Positions 12,476-26,267 of a stretch of 64,000 bases of DNA are shown piece after piece. Source of the stretch: Eledone cirrhosa (lineage: Eukaryota); the NCBI GenBank assembly GCA_964016885.1, contig OZ024744.1:105710001-105774000 (forward strand), read 5' to 3'. A model generated the notes under the pieces. That model made no database searches. It was not told the origin of the DNA and saw only the letters and a program-made list of their open reading frames with translations. Position 1 is the first letter of the stretch, and every line of letters begins with the position of its first letter. A program made the translations under genes and the position numbers.

Positions 12476-12780
12476 TAGTGGAACCTCAGTTGATGAACAA
12501 TTTTTCTAAACATAAAACATCTCAGTTGACTAATGGCGTCTTGAGTAACGAACACGCATGCTGGCAACAATGGTTGGCAACAGGCTGGGAGTATTTTTGA
12601 GAAAGTGTCACTTGGTGTGTAGTTAGTTACTATGGTGATATTTCTATGTCTTCCACACGCAATCTCTCTCTCTCTCTCTTTCAACATTTCATTGTCGGAA
12701 AAATAGTTTCGGTTTATGAACATTTCAGGTGACGAATGACCTTCAGGAACGAATTAAGTTTGAGATCCAAGGTTACATTG
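12476..12780. mobile_element. Tigger/pogo-like MITE
   Basis: TA|TAGTGGAACCTCAG ... CCAAGGTTACATTG|TA: degenerate CAGTGGAACCTCGG-type TIRs with a TA duplication. Confidence 0.6.
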
Positions 12781-13160
12781 TATTTACATCTGGAGAGGAG
12801 TTTGCCTTAGTATTTGAATATTGATTACATGAACCAACTAACTAAACCCTCTTTGTAGTCATACAGCCTGCTAGAAATCTCCCTCAATCCATATTCTCCT
12901 ACTGCTATGTTTCTGAGTCTACTGTACATTAAAAACAGGCAGGTTGTTCAGAGATGGAATGTTTATGATTATATGTCTGATCTGGTGGCTAAACAACAAT
13001 TATTGATTTCTTTTAGACAGAATAGAAAATATATAGTGACCCTCAGCATATTACTAGTATCTAACTGATTAACTCTAGAAGGATGAAAAACTAATTTGAA
13101 CCATGCAAGTATTGGAATATCAATATAAAGAGACAAAACTAAATACTATGATATATTTAA

Positions 13161-13367
13161 CCCTTTAAAGTTCAAACCAACCAAAACCGGCCAGAATTCT
13201 CTACCTCTTTCTGTTGAAACTGGCTGTAACTGGTGGCTCAAACTGATGTTAGGGTTTTGTTCTCAAAATAAATACTTTCAAAATCTCATAGATTCGATAT
13301 TATGTGAGGTAAAGCCTCTACCATGAAAATATAATAGTATATATAAAATAATGTGAATGCTAAAGGG
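13161..13367 (-). mobile_element. piggyBac-type MITE family A, copy 2
   Basis: TTAA|CCCTTTA...TGCTAAAGGG|TTAA; interior is the reverse complement of copy 1. Confidence 0.85.
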
Positions 13368-13429
13368 TTAAGCAGCTGAAATGGGGTTCTTCCAAAGAGT
13401 CTTTGGGGCAATATTACTTGATCGAGTGT

Positions 13430-13580
13430 GTAGCTTGGAGATTAGAGAGTCACTTCAGGTAGAAATGCTACTACTCTGAATTGAGAGATCACAGCTCTGA
13501 TACTACAGGCATGTGATGAGAATGTCTCAGAAATAAACACTGGACCTCATGAAGCTTCCCAGGAATAAGTGGGCAAAGAA
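13430..13580 (+). mobile_element. Very old RTE-type LINE C-terminal remnant
   Basis: Translates VEMLLL*IERSQL*YYRHVMRMSQ, similar to the RTE motif EPLLLRIERSQLRWFGHV.RM. Confidence 0.5.
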
Positions 13581-13705
13581 GAATCTCTCTTATTTCTGCT
13601 GATCTCAAATATTTAAATATTCAGCTCTATGAGAAATATAACTTGATCTCACGATGGAGTATTGCTTCCACATCTGAGACATTTCTACTATCACATGTTT
13701 TAGAC

Positions 13706-14456
13706 CAGGGGCGTGCAACAGGCGGCCCGCGGGCCACTATGCGGCCTGCCAGACCAGTCAGAGTGGCCTGCGATGACTGTTTTTAATTTTTACCTTGTAG
13801 GCTTATTTAGAATCTTTTTTGTAATTGTAATGCAATTTTCTGTTAGTTGACCTATACTAAAGGGCTTCACTGATAGGGTTATGTGTGTTATAATTTCCCA
13901 GTTCCATGTTATGGAAAGAAGTTGTGGTGAATCTTTGGAATAGAGCTTAATAAATATTACTGGCCCTAATAGTTGTTCTGATAGGGTTATGTGTGTTATA
14001 ATTTCCCAGTTCCATGCTATGGAAAGAAGTTGTGGTGAATCTTTGGAATAGTACTTAATAAATATTACTGGCCCTAATAGTTGTTCTGATAGGGTTATGT
14101 GTGTTATAATTTCCCAGTTCCATGCTATGGAAAGAAGTTGTGGTGAATCTTTGGAATAGTGTTTAATAAATATTACTGGCCCTAATAGTTGTTCTGATAG
14201 GGTTATGTGTGTTATAATTTCCCAGTTCCATGTTATGGAAAGAAGTTGTGGTGAATCTTTGGAATAGTGTTTAATAAATATTACTGGCCCTAATAGTTGT
14301 TCTGATAGGGTTATGTGTGTTATAATTTCCCAGTTCCATGTTATGGAAAGAAGTTGTGGTGAATCTTTGGAATAGTGTTTAATAAATATTCCTGGCCCTA
14401 ATAGTTGTTCCAATGTTCAAAAGTGGCCCGCCAATGGAATATTTTACACACCCCTG
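13706..14456. mobile_element. Non-autonomous hAT element with an internal 5 x 108-bp tandem array (13870-14410)
   Basis: Termini CAGGGGCGTG / CACACCCCTG. 8-bp TSD TTTTAGAC/TTCTAGAC. Subterminal GCGGCCCGC/GTGGCCCGC motifs. CTGATAGGGTTATG recurs every 108 bp. Confidence 0.85.
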
Positions 14457-14728
14457 TTCTAGACTGTGTCAAAAAAAGGTTACTTGACTGGCATGAAGTT
14501 ACTCACAAACACACTCTACCATCATACCTTCAAACTTAGTTCCGTTTCTCTCTACTTGTCTGCTCTTGCTACTGTGGTACTCTTAGGTATTTCTGACCAA
14601 TAAGTTTCTATTTCTCTCATCATTCTTGTTGTGTCCAGGGCCTCACTTTTCAGAAGGTAATTTCTCTGGAAGTCCCTTCTTGTAGATGTTTCTCCTACAA
14701 CTGTTGATTTACAACTTTTCAAAAGGAA

Positions 14729-15392
14729 TGTGGTGGTGGTGGTGGGAGTCGAGGTCATGATGATGGTGGTGGTGGGAGTTGTGGTGGTGTGGGTGGTAGT
14801 AATGGTGGTGGTGTGGGTGGTAGTAATGGTCGTGGTGGTGGTGTGGGTGGTAGTAATGGTGGTGGCAGTAGTGAGAGTGGTGGTGATGATGGTGGTGGTG
14901 GTGGTGGTGGTGGTGGTGGGAGTCGTGGTGGTGTGGGTGGTAGTAATGGTGGTGGTGGTGTGGGTGGTAGTAATGGTCGTGGTGGTGGTGTGGGTGGTAG
15001 TAATGGTGGTGGCAGTAGTGAGAGTCGTGGTGATGATGGTGGTGGTGGTGGTGGGAGTTGTGGTGGTGTGGGTGGTAGTAATGGTCGTGGTGGTGGTGGC
15101 AGTAGTGAGAGTAGTGGTGATGATGGTGGTGGTGTGGGTGGTAGTAATGGTCGTGGTGGTGGTGTGGCTGGTAGTAATGGTGGTGGCAGTAGTGAGAGTG
15201 GTGGTGATGATGGTGGTGGTGGTGGTGGTGTGGGTGGTAGTAATGGTGGTGGTGGTAGTGAGAGTTGTGGTGATGATGGTGGTGGTGTGGGTGGTAGTAA
15301 TGGTGGTGGTGGTAGTGAGAGTCGCGGTGATGATGGTGATAGTGGTGGTGAGTACTGATAATAGTGATGATGATGATGATGATGATGATGAT
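14729..15392. repeat. Cryptic (GGT/GAT)n trinucleotide repeat
   Basis: Directly visible. It gives spurious poly-T, poly-V and poly-G ORFs. Confidence 0.92.
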
Positions 15393-15690
15393 TTCAACAC
15401 ATGTTAATCTTTCTAGGAGAAAGTAGGAGAAATAATTTGCTTCAAAATCAATATTTCAATTACTTATGGAAGACATTTGGAAAAAGATGTTTAAAATTGG
15501 AAATTAAACATTTTTTTTCACCCCATTTAACACAAATGCCTGAAATACATGTTGGTGGTGGTGAGGTGTAGATTGGATTATGTGATGTTCATACCTTCCA
15601 GGTAGATACTAGCAACTTACCTGAAGCTAGGTACCAACTTGCTTTTTTTTAATGTCTGAAGATTACTGTTACTTATTTCCACTCATGTGT

Positions 15691-18600
15691 GGTACTGTAA
15701 TTTCACTGAAGACTGTGTCTTTGGATTCATTTTGGTACTGTAATTTCACTGAAGACTGTGTCTTTGGATTTAATTTTGGTACTGTAATTTCACTGAAGAC
15801 TGTGTCTTTGGATTAATTTTGGTACTGTAATTTCACTGAAGACTGTGTCTTTGGATTCATTTTGGTATTGTAATTTCACTGAAGACTGTGTCTTTGGATT
15901 CATTTTGGTACTGTAATTTCACTGAAGACTGTGTCTTTGGATTTAATTTTGGTACTGTAATTTCACTGAAGACTGTGTCTTTAGATTCATTTTGGTACTG
16001 TAATTTCACTGAAGACTCTGTCTTTGGATTAATTTTGGTACTGTAATTACTCTGAAGACTGTGTCTTTGGATTAATTTTGGTACTGTAATTTCACTGAAG
16101 ACTGTGTCTTTGGATTCATTTTGGTACTGTAATTACTCTGAAGACTGTGTCTTTGGATTAATTTTGGTACTGTAATTTCACTGAAGACTGTGTCTTTGGA
16201 TTCATTTTGGTACTGTAATTTCACTGAAGACTGTGTCTTTGGATTCATTTTGGTACTGTAATTACTCTGAAGACTGTGTCTTTGGATTCATTTTGGTACT
16301 GTAATTACTCTGAAGACTGTGTCTTTGGATTCATTTTGGTACTGTAATTTCACTGAAGACTGTGTCTTTGGATTAATTTTGGTACTGTAATTACTCTGAA
16401 GACTGCGTCTTTGGATTAATTTTGGTACTGTAATTACTCTGAAGACTGTCTTTGGATTAATTATGGTACTGTAATTTCACTGAAGACTGTGTCTTTGGAT
16501 TAATTTTGGTACTGTAATTTCACTGAAGACTGTGTCTTTGGATTCATTTTGGTACTGTAATTTCACTGAAGACTGTCTTTGGATTAATTTTGGTACTGTA
16601 ATTTCACTGAAGACTGTGTCTTTGGATTAATTTTGGTACTGTAATTACTCTGAAGACTGTGTCTTTGGATTCATTTTGGTACTGTAATTTCACTGAAGAC
16701 TGTGTCTTTGGATTCATTTTGGTACTGTAATTTCACTGAAGACTGTGTCTTTGGATTCATTTTGGTACTGTAATTTCACTGAAGACTGTGTCTTTGGATT
16801 CATTTTGGTACTGTAATTTCACTGAAGACTGTGTCTTTGGATTAATTTTGGTACTGTAATTTCACTGAAGACTGTGTCTTTGGATTCATTTTGGTACTGT
16901 AATTTCACTGAAGACTGTCTTTGGATTAATTTTGGTACTGTAATTTCACTGAAGACTGTGTCTTTGGATTCATTTTGGTACTGTAATTTCACTGAAGACT
17001 GTGTCTTTGGATTAATTTTGGTACTGTAATTACTCTGAAGACTGTGTCTTTGGATTCATTTTGGTACTGTAATTTCACTGAAGACTGTGTCTTTGGATTC
17101 ATTTTGGTACTGTAATTTCACTGAAGACTGTGTCTTTGGATTCATTTTGGTACTGTAATTTCACTGAAGACTGTGTCTTTGGATTAATTTTGGTACTGTA
17201 ATTTCACTGAAGACTGTGTCTTTGGATTCATTTTGGTACTGTAATTTCACTGAAGACTGTCTTTGGATTAATTTTGGTACTGTAATTTCACTGAAGACTG
17301 TGTCTTTGGATTCATTTTGGTACTGTAATTTCACTGAAGACTGTGTCTTTGGATTCATTTTGGTACTGTAATTTCACTGAAGACTGTGTCTTTGGATTAA
17401 TTTTGGTACTTTTATTTCACTGAAGACTGTGTCTTTGGATTCATTTTGGTACTGTAATTTCACTGAAGACTCTGTCTTTGGATTAATTTTGGTACTGTAA
17501 TTTCACTGAAGACTGTGTCTTTGGATTAATTTTGGTACTGTAATTTCACTGAAGACTGTCTTTGGATTAATTTTGGTACTGTAATTTCACTGAAGACTGT
17601 GTCTTTGGATTCATTTTGGTACTGTAATTTCACTGAAGACTGTGTCTTTGGATTCATTTTGGTACTGTAATTACTCTGAAGACTGTGTCTTTGGATTCAT
17701 TTTGGTACTGTAATTTCACTGAAGACTGTGTCTTTGGATTCATTTTGGTACTGTAATTTCACTGAAGACTGTGTCTTTGGATTAATTATGGTACTGTAAT
17801 TTCACTGAAGACTGTGTCTTTGGATTAATTTTGGTACTGTAATTACTCTGAAGACTGTGTCTTTGGATTCATTTTGGTACTGTAATTTCACTGAGGACTG
17901 TGTCTTTAGATTAATTATGGTACTGTAATTTCACTGAAGACTGTGTCTTTGGATTAATTATGGTACTGTAATTTCACTGAAGACTGTGTCTTTGGATTAA
18001 TTATGGTACTGTAATTTCACTGAAGACTGTGTCTTTGGATTCATTTTGGTACTGTAATTTCACTGAAGACTGTGTCTTTGGATTCATTTTGGTACTGTAA
18101 TTTCACTGAAGGCTGTGTCTTTGGATTAATTTTGGTACTGTAATTTCACTGAAGACTGTGTCTTTGGATTAATTTTGGTACTGTAATTTCACTGAAGACT
18201 GTCTTTGGATTAATTTTGGTACTGTAATTTCACTGAAGACTGTGTCTTTGGATTAATTTTGGTACTGTAATTTCACTGAAGACTGTGTCTTTGGATTCAT
18301 TTTGGTACTGTAATTACTCTGAAGACTGTGTCTTTGGATTAATTTTGGTACTGTAATTACTCTGAAGACTGTGTCTTTGGATTAATTATGGTACTGTAAT
18401 TTCACTGAAGACTGTGTCTTTGGATTCATTTTGGTACTGTAATTACTCTGAAGACTGTGTCTTTGGATTAATTATGGTACTGTAATTTCACTGAAGACTG
18501 TGTTTTGGATTCATTTTGGTACTGTAATTTCACTGAAGACTGTGTCTTTGGATTCATTTTGGTACTGTAATTTCACTGAAGACTGTGTCTTTGGATTAAT

Positions 18601-21600
18601 TTTGGTACTGTAATTACTCTGAAGACTGTGTCTTTGGATTAATTTTGGTACTGTAATTACTCTGAAGACTGTGTCTTTGGATTCATTTTGGTACTGTAAT
18701 TTCACTGAAGACTGTGTCTTTGGATTCATTTTGGTACTGTAATTTCACTGAAGACTGTGTCTTTGGATTAATTTTGGTACTGTAATTACTCTGAAGACTG
18801 CGTCTTTGGATTCATTTTGGTACTGTAATTACTCTGAAGACTGTCTTTGGATTAATTATGGAACTGTAATTTCACTGAAGACTGTGTCTTTGGATTAATT
18901 TTGGTACTGTAATTTCACTGAAGACTGTCTTTGGATTAATTTTGGTACTGTAATTTCACTGAAGACTGTGTCTTTGGATTCATTTTGGTACTGTAATTTC
19001 ACTGAAGACTGTGTCTTTGGATTAATTTTGGTACTGTAATTACTCTGAAGACTGTGTCTTTGGATTCATTTTGGTACTGTAATTTCACTGAAGACTGTGT
19101 CTTTGGATTCATTTTGGTACTGTAATTTCACTGAAGACTGTGTCTTTGGATTAATTATGGTACTGTAATTTCACTGAAGACTGTCTTTGGATTAATTTTG
19201 GTACTGTAATTACTCTGAAGACTGTGTCTTTGGATTCATTTTGGTACTGTAATTTCACTGAAGACTGTGTCTTTGGATTCATTTTGGTACTGTAATTTCA
19301 CTGAAGACTGTGTCTTTGGATTAATTTTGGTACTGTAATTTCACTGAAGACTGTGTCTTTGGATTAATTTTGGTACTGTAATTTCACTGAAGACTGTCTT
19401 TGGATTAATTTTGGTACTGTAATTTCACTGAAGACTGTGTCTTTGGATTAATTTTGGTACTGTAATTTCACTGAAGACTGTCTTTGGATTAATTATGGTA
19501 CTGTAATTACTCTGAAGACTGTGTCTTTGGATTAATTTTGGTACTGTAATTACTCTGAAGACTGTTTCTTTGGATTAATTATGGTACTGTAATTTCACTG
19601 AAGACTGTGTCTTTGGATTCATTTTGGTACTGTAATTTCACTGAAGACTGTCTTTGGATTAATTTTGGTACTGTAATTTCACTGAAGACTGTGTCTTTGG
19701 ATTAATTTTGGTACTGTAATTTCACTGAAGACTGTGTCTTTGGATTCATTTTGGTACTGTAATTACTCTGAAGACTGTGTCTTTGGATTAATTTTGGTAC
19801 TGTAATTACTCTGAAGACTGTGTCTTTGGATTAATTATGGTACTGTAATTTCACTGAAGACTGTCTTTGGATTAATTATGGTACTGTAATTACTCTGAAG
19901 ACTGTGTCTTTGGATTAATTTTGGTACTGTAATTACTCTGAAGACTGTTTCTTTGGATTAATTATGGTACTGTAATTTCACTGAAGACTGTGTCTTTGGA
20001 TTCATTTTGGTACTGTAATTTCACTGAAGACTGTGTCTTTGGATTCATTTTGGTACTGTAATTACTCTGAAGACTGTGTCTTTGGATTAATTATGGTACT
20101 GTAATTTCACTGAAGACTGTGTCTTTGGATTCATTTTGGTACTGTAATTTCACTGAAGACTGTGTCTTTGGATTCATTTTGGTACTGTAATTTCACTGAA
20201 GACTGTGTCTTTGGATTAATTTTGGTACTGTAATTACTCTGAAGACTGTGTCTTTGGATTCATTTTGGTACTGTAATTACTCTGAAGACTGTGTCTTTGG
20301 ATTCATTTTGGTACTGTAATTTCACTGAAGACTGTGTCTTTGGATTAATTTTGGTACTGTAATTACTCTGAAGACTGCGTCTTTGGATTAATTTTGGTAC
20401 TGTAATTACTCTGAAGACTGTCTTTGGATTAATTATGGTACTGTAATTTCACTGAAGACTGTGTCTTTGGATTAATTTTGGTACTGTAATTTCACTGAAG
20501 ACTGTGTCTTTGGATTCATTTTGGTACTGTAATTTCACTGAAGTCTGTCTTTGGATTAATTTTGGTACTGTAATTTCACTGAAGACTGTGTCTTTGGATT
20601 CATTTTGGTACTGTAATTTCACTGAAGACTGTGTCTTTGGATTCATTTTGGTACTGTAATTTCTCTGAAGACTGTGTCTTTGGATTCATTTTGGTACTGT
20701 AATTTCACTGAAGACTGTGTCTTTGGATTAATTTTGGTACTGTAATTTCACTGAAGACTGTCTTTGGATTAATTTTGGTACTGTAATTTCACTGAAGACC
20801 GTGTCTTTGGATTCATTTTGGTACTGTAATTTCACTGAAGACTGTGTCTTTGGATTAATTATGGTACTGTAATTTCACTGAAGACTGTCTTTGGATTAAT
20901 TTTGGTACTGTAATTTCACTGAAGACCGTGTCTTTGGATTCATTTTGGTACTGTAATTTCACTGAAGACTGTGTCTTTGGATTAATTATGGTACTGTAAT
21001 TTCACTGAAGACTGTCTTTGGATTAATTTTGGTACTGTAATTACTCTGAAGACTGTGTCTTTGGATTCATTTTGGTACTGTAATTTCACTGAAGACTGTG
21101 TCTTTAGATTAATTATGGTACTGTAATTTCACTGAAGACTGTGTCTTTGGATTAATTATGGTACTGTAATTTCACTGAAGACTGTCTTTGGATTCATTTT
21201 GGTACTGTAATTTCACTGAAGACTGTGTCTTTGGATTAATTATGGTACTGTAATTTCACTGAAGACTGTGTCTTTGGATTAATTATGGTACTGTAATTTC
21301 ACTGAAGACTGTGTCTTTGGATTCATTTTGGTACTGTAATTTCACTGAAGACTGTGTCTTTGGATTCATTTTGGTACTGTAATTTCACTGAAGACTGTGT
21401 CTTTGGATTCATTTTGGTACTGTAATTTCTCTGAAGACTGTGTCTTTGGATTCATTTTGGTACTGTAATTTCACTGAAGACTGTGTCTTTGGATTAATTT
21501 TGGTACTGTAATTTCACTGAAGACTGTCTTTGGATTAATTTTGGTACTGTAATTTCACTGAAAACTGGTGTCTTTGGATTAATTTTGGTACTGTAATTTC

Positions 21601-24600
21601 ACTGAAGACTGTGTCTTTGGATTAATTTTGGTACTGTAATTATTCTGTAGACTGTGTCTTTGGATTAATTATGGTACTGTAATTTCACTGAAGACTGTGT
21701 CTTTGGATTCATTTTGGTACTGTAATTACTCTGAAGACTGTGTCTTTGGATTCATTTTGGTACTGTAATTTCACTGAAGACTGTGTCTTTGGATTAATTA
21801 TGGTACTGTAATTTCACTGAAGACTGTGTCTTTGGATTAATTTTGGTACTGTAATTACTCTGAAGACTGTGTCTTTGGATTCATTTTGGTACTGTAATTA
21901 CTCTGAAGACTGTGTCTTTGGATTCATTTTGGTACTGTAATTTCACTGAAGACTGTGTCTTTGGATTAATTTTGGTACTGTAATTACTCTGAAGACTGCG
22001 TCTTTGGATTCATTTTGGTACTGTGATTACTCTGAAGACTGTCTTTGGATTAATTATGGTACTGTAATTTCACTGAAGACTGTGTCTTTGGATTAATTTT
22101 GGTACTGTAATTTCACTGAAGACTGTGTCTTTGGATTCATTTTGGTACTGTAATTTCACTGAAGACTGTCTTTGGATTAATTTTGGTACTGTAATTTCAC
22201 TGAAGACTGTGTCTTTGGATTAATTTTGGTACTGTAATTACTCTGAAGACTGTGTCTTTGGATTAATTTTGGTACTGTAATTTCACTGAAGACTGTGTCT
22301 TTGGATTAATTATGGTACTGTAATTTCACTGAAGACTGTGTCTTTGGATTAATTATGGTACTGTAATTACTCTGAAGACTGTGTCTTTGGATTCATTTTG
22401 GTACTGTAATTTCACTGAAGACTGTGTCTTTGGATTCATTTTGGTACTGTAATTTCACTGAAGACCGTGTCTTTGGATTCATTTTGGTACTGTAATTTCA
22501 CTGAAGACTGTGTCTTTGGATTCATTTTGGTACTGTAATTTCACTGAAGACTGTGTCTTTAGATTAATTATGGTACTGTAATTTCACTGAAGACTGTGTC
22601 TTTGGATTAATTATGGTACTGTAATTTCACTGAAGACTGTGTCTTTGGATTCATTTTGGTACTGTAATTTCACTGAAGACTGTGTCTTTGGATTAATTAT
22701 GGTACTGTAATTTCACTGAAGACTGTGTCTTTGGATTAATTATGGTACTGTAATTTCACTGAAGACTGTGTCTTTGGATTCATTTTGGTACTGTAATTTC
22801 ACTGAAGACTGTGTCTTTGGATTCATTTTGGTACTGTAATTTCACTGAAGACTGTGTCTTTGGATTCATTTTGGTACTGTAATTTCTCTGAAGACTGTGT
22901 CTTTGGATTAATTTTGGTACTGTAATTTCACTGAAGACTGTGTCTTTGGATTAATTTTGGTACTGTAATTTCACTGAAGACTGTCTTTGGATTAATTTTG
23001 GTACTGTAATTTCACTGAAAACTGTGTCTTTGGATTAATTTTGGTACTGTAATTTCACTGAAGACTGTGTCTTTGGATTAATTTTGGTACTGTAATTACT
23101 CTGAAGACTGTGTCTTTGGATTAATTTTGGTACTGTAATTACTCTGAAGACTGTGTCTTTGGATTAATTATGGTACTGTAATTTCACTGAAGACTGTGTC
23201 TTTGGATTCATTTTGGTACTGTAATTTCACTGAAGACTGTGTCTTTGGATTCATTTTGGTAGTGTAATTTCACTGAAGACTGTGTCTTTGGATTAATTTT
23301 GGTACTGTAATTACTCTGAAGACTGTGTCTTTGGATTAATTTTGGTACTGTAATTACTCTGAAGACTGTGTCTTTGGATTCATTTTGGTACTGTAATTTC
23401 ACTGAAGACTGTGTCTTTGGATTAATTTTGGTACTGTAATTACTCTGAAGACTGTGTCTTTGGATTCATTTTGGTACTGTATTTTCACTGAAGACTGTGT
23501 CTTTGGATTCATTTTGGTACTGTAATTTCACTGAAGACTGTGTCTTTGGATTAATTTTGGTACTGTAATTACTCTGAAGACTGCGTCTTTGGATTCATTT
23601 TGGTACTGTAATTACTCTGAAGACTGTCTTTGGATTAATTATGGTACTGTAATTTCACTGAAGACTGTGTCTTTGGATTAATTTTGGTACTGTAATTTCA
23701 CTGAAGACTGTGTCTTTGGATTCATTTTGGTACTGTAATTTCACTGAAGACTGTCTTTGGATTAATTTAGGTACTGTAGTTTCACTGAAGACTGTGTCTT
23801 TGGATTAATTTTGGTACTGTAATTACTCTGAAGACTGTGTCTTTGGATTAATTTTGGTACTGTAATTACTCTGAAGACTGTGTCTTTGGATTAATTATGG
23901 TGCTGTAATTTCACTGAAGACTGTGTCTTTGGATTCATTTTGGTACTGTAATTTCACTGAAGACTGTGTCTTTGGATTCATTTTGGTACTGTAATTTCAC
24001 TGAAGACTGTCTTTGGATTAATTATGGTACTGTAATTCCTCTGAAGACTGTGTCTTTGGATTAATTTTGGTACTGTAATTACTCTGAAGACTGTTTCTTT
24101 GGATTAATTATGGTACTGTAATTTCACTGAAGACTGTGTCTTTGGATTCATTTTGGTACTGTAATTTCACTGAAGACTGTGTCTTTGGATTCATTTTGGT
24201 ACTGTAATTACTCTGAAGACTGTGTCTTTGGATTAATTATGGTACTGTAATTTCACTGAAGACTGTGTCTTTGGATTCATTTTGGTACTGTAATTTCACT
24301 GAAGACTGTGTCTTTGGATTCATTTTGGTACAGTAATTTCACTGAAGACTGTGTCTTTGGATTAATTTTGGTACTGTAATTTCACTGAAGACTGTGTCTT
24401 TGGATTCATTTTGGTACTGTAATTACTCTGAAGACTGTGTCTTTGGATTCATTTTGGTACTGTAATTTCACTGAAGACTGTCTTTGGATTCATTTTGGTA
24501 CTGTAATTTCACTGAAGACTGTGTCTTTGGATTCATTTTGGTACTGTAATTTCACTGAAGACTGTGTCTTTGGATTAATTTTGGTACTGTAATTTCACTG

Positions 24601-25694
24601 AAGACTGTGTCTTTGGATTCATTTTGGTACTGTAATTACTCTGAAGACTGTGTCTTTGGATTCATTTTGGTACTGTAATTTCACTGAAGACTGTCTTTGG
24701 ATTAATTTTGGTACTGTAATTTCACTGAAGACTGTGTCTTTGGATTCATTTTGGTACTGTAATTTCACTGAAGACTGTGTCTTTGGATTCATTTTGGTAC
24801 TGTAATTACTCTGAAGACTGTGTCTTTGGATTCATTTTGGTACTGTAATTTCACTGAAGACTGTGTCTTTGGATTCATTTTGGTACTGTAATTACTCTGA
24901 AGACCGTGTCTTTGGATTCATTTTGGTACTGTAATTTCACTGAAGACTGTGTCTTTGGATTCATTTTGGTACTGTAATTACTCTGAAGACTGTGTCTTTG
25001 GATTCATTTTGGTACTGTAATTTCACTGAAGATTGTGTCTTTGGATTCATTTTGGTACTGTAATTTCACTGAAGACTGTGTCTTTGGATTAATTATGGTA
25101 CTGTAATTTCACTGAAGACTGTGTCTTTGGATTCATTTTGGTACTGTAATTACTCTGAAGACTGTGTCTTTGGATTCATTTTGGTACTGTAATTACACTG
25201 AAGACTGTGTCTTTGGATTAATTATGGTACTGTAATTTCACTGAAGACTGTGTCTTTGGATTAATTTTGGTACTGTAATTTCACTGAAGACTGTGTCTTT
25301 GGATTCATTTTGGTACTGTAATTTCACTGAAGACTGTGTCTTTGGATTCATTTTGGTACTGTAATTTCACTGAAGACTGTGTCTTTGGATTCATTTTGGT
25401 ACTGTAATTTCACTGAAGACTGTGTCTTTGGATTAATTATGGTACTGTAATTTCACTGAAGACTGTGTCTTTGGATTCATTTTGGTACTGTAATTACTCT
25501 GAAGACTGTGTCTTTGGATTCATTTTGGTACTGTAATTACACTGAAGACTGTGTCTTTGGATTAATTATGGTACTGTAATTTCACTGAAGACTGTGTCTT
25601 TGGATTTATTTTGGTACTGTAATTTCACTGAAGACTGTGTCTTTGGATTTATTTTGGTACTGTAATTTCACTGAAGACTGTGTCTTTGGATTCA
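15691..25694. repeat. 43-bp tandem satellite, about 10 kb (roughly 230 units)
   Basis: Unit GGTACTGTAATT(TCA/ACT)CTGAAGACTGT(GT)CTTTGGATT(C/A)ATT(T/A)T. First offset 15691 to 15734. 41-bp variants lack one GT. Confidence 0.98.
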
Positions 25695-25791
25695 CTTCAC
25701 CACATTCCTGACAATAACACTTGTAACCCCCCCCCCCCCCATGAATTCATTTAACTCTACTTAGCTTTAACATTATTATTATTTATCATTA

Positions 25792-25950
25792 TGCCATGCT
25801 TTGATGCATAGAGTTACGGCCCTTGCCATTCTGAGTTCAAATCCCGCCGAGGTTAACTTTGCCTTTCATCCTTACGGGGTCGATAAAATAAAGTACCAGT
25901 AATACGCTGCGTAATTGCTGGCCTTGTACCTAACGTAGAAACAATTATTT
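25792..25950 (+). mobile_element. SINE family B copy (5' truncated)
   Basis: B-box-like GAGTTCAAATCCC, core GAGGTTAACTTTGCCTTTCATCCTTACGGGGTCGATAAAATAAAGTACCAGT, and an (ATT)n tail. Confidence 0.8.
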
Positions 25951-26056
25951 ATCATTTGTGGCAGAGCACTGTCACATTGCTGAAAACTGTGTTTTGGGAT
26001 TCCTAAGTAATTTGGTTTGTTTCATTTATATTATGCCAAATACTTCTATCCTTTAA

Positions 26057-26267
26057 CCCTCTAACATTTACATTACTCTAAATATACTATTGTATTTTCA
26101 CAGTAAAGGTTTTCTCTCACATAATATCTCACATAATATTGAATATATGAGATTTTGATATTATTTATTTTGAGAACAATACCGTATGAGTGGCCGGTTA
26201 CAGCCGGTTTGAACAGAAAGAGGTGAGAGAATTCTGGTCGGATATGGCCGATTTAAATGCTAAAGGG
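26057..26267 (+). mobile_element. piggyBac-type MITE family A, copy 3
   Basis: TTAA|CCCTCTAACATTT...AAATGCTAAAGGG|TTAA. Confidence 0.85.

Noticed and set aside
14552-15407. Mucin-like, poly-Val and Gly-rich ORFs
   Set aside because: Several frames are open because of the trinucleotide repeat. No splice or homology support.
15691-25694. CRISPR-like array, or a hammerhead satellite (each unit contains CTGAAGA)
   Set aside because: There are no unique spacers or cas genes and the context is eukaryotic. No downstream GAAA or helices complete a hammerhead.
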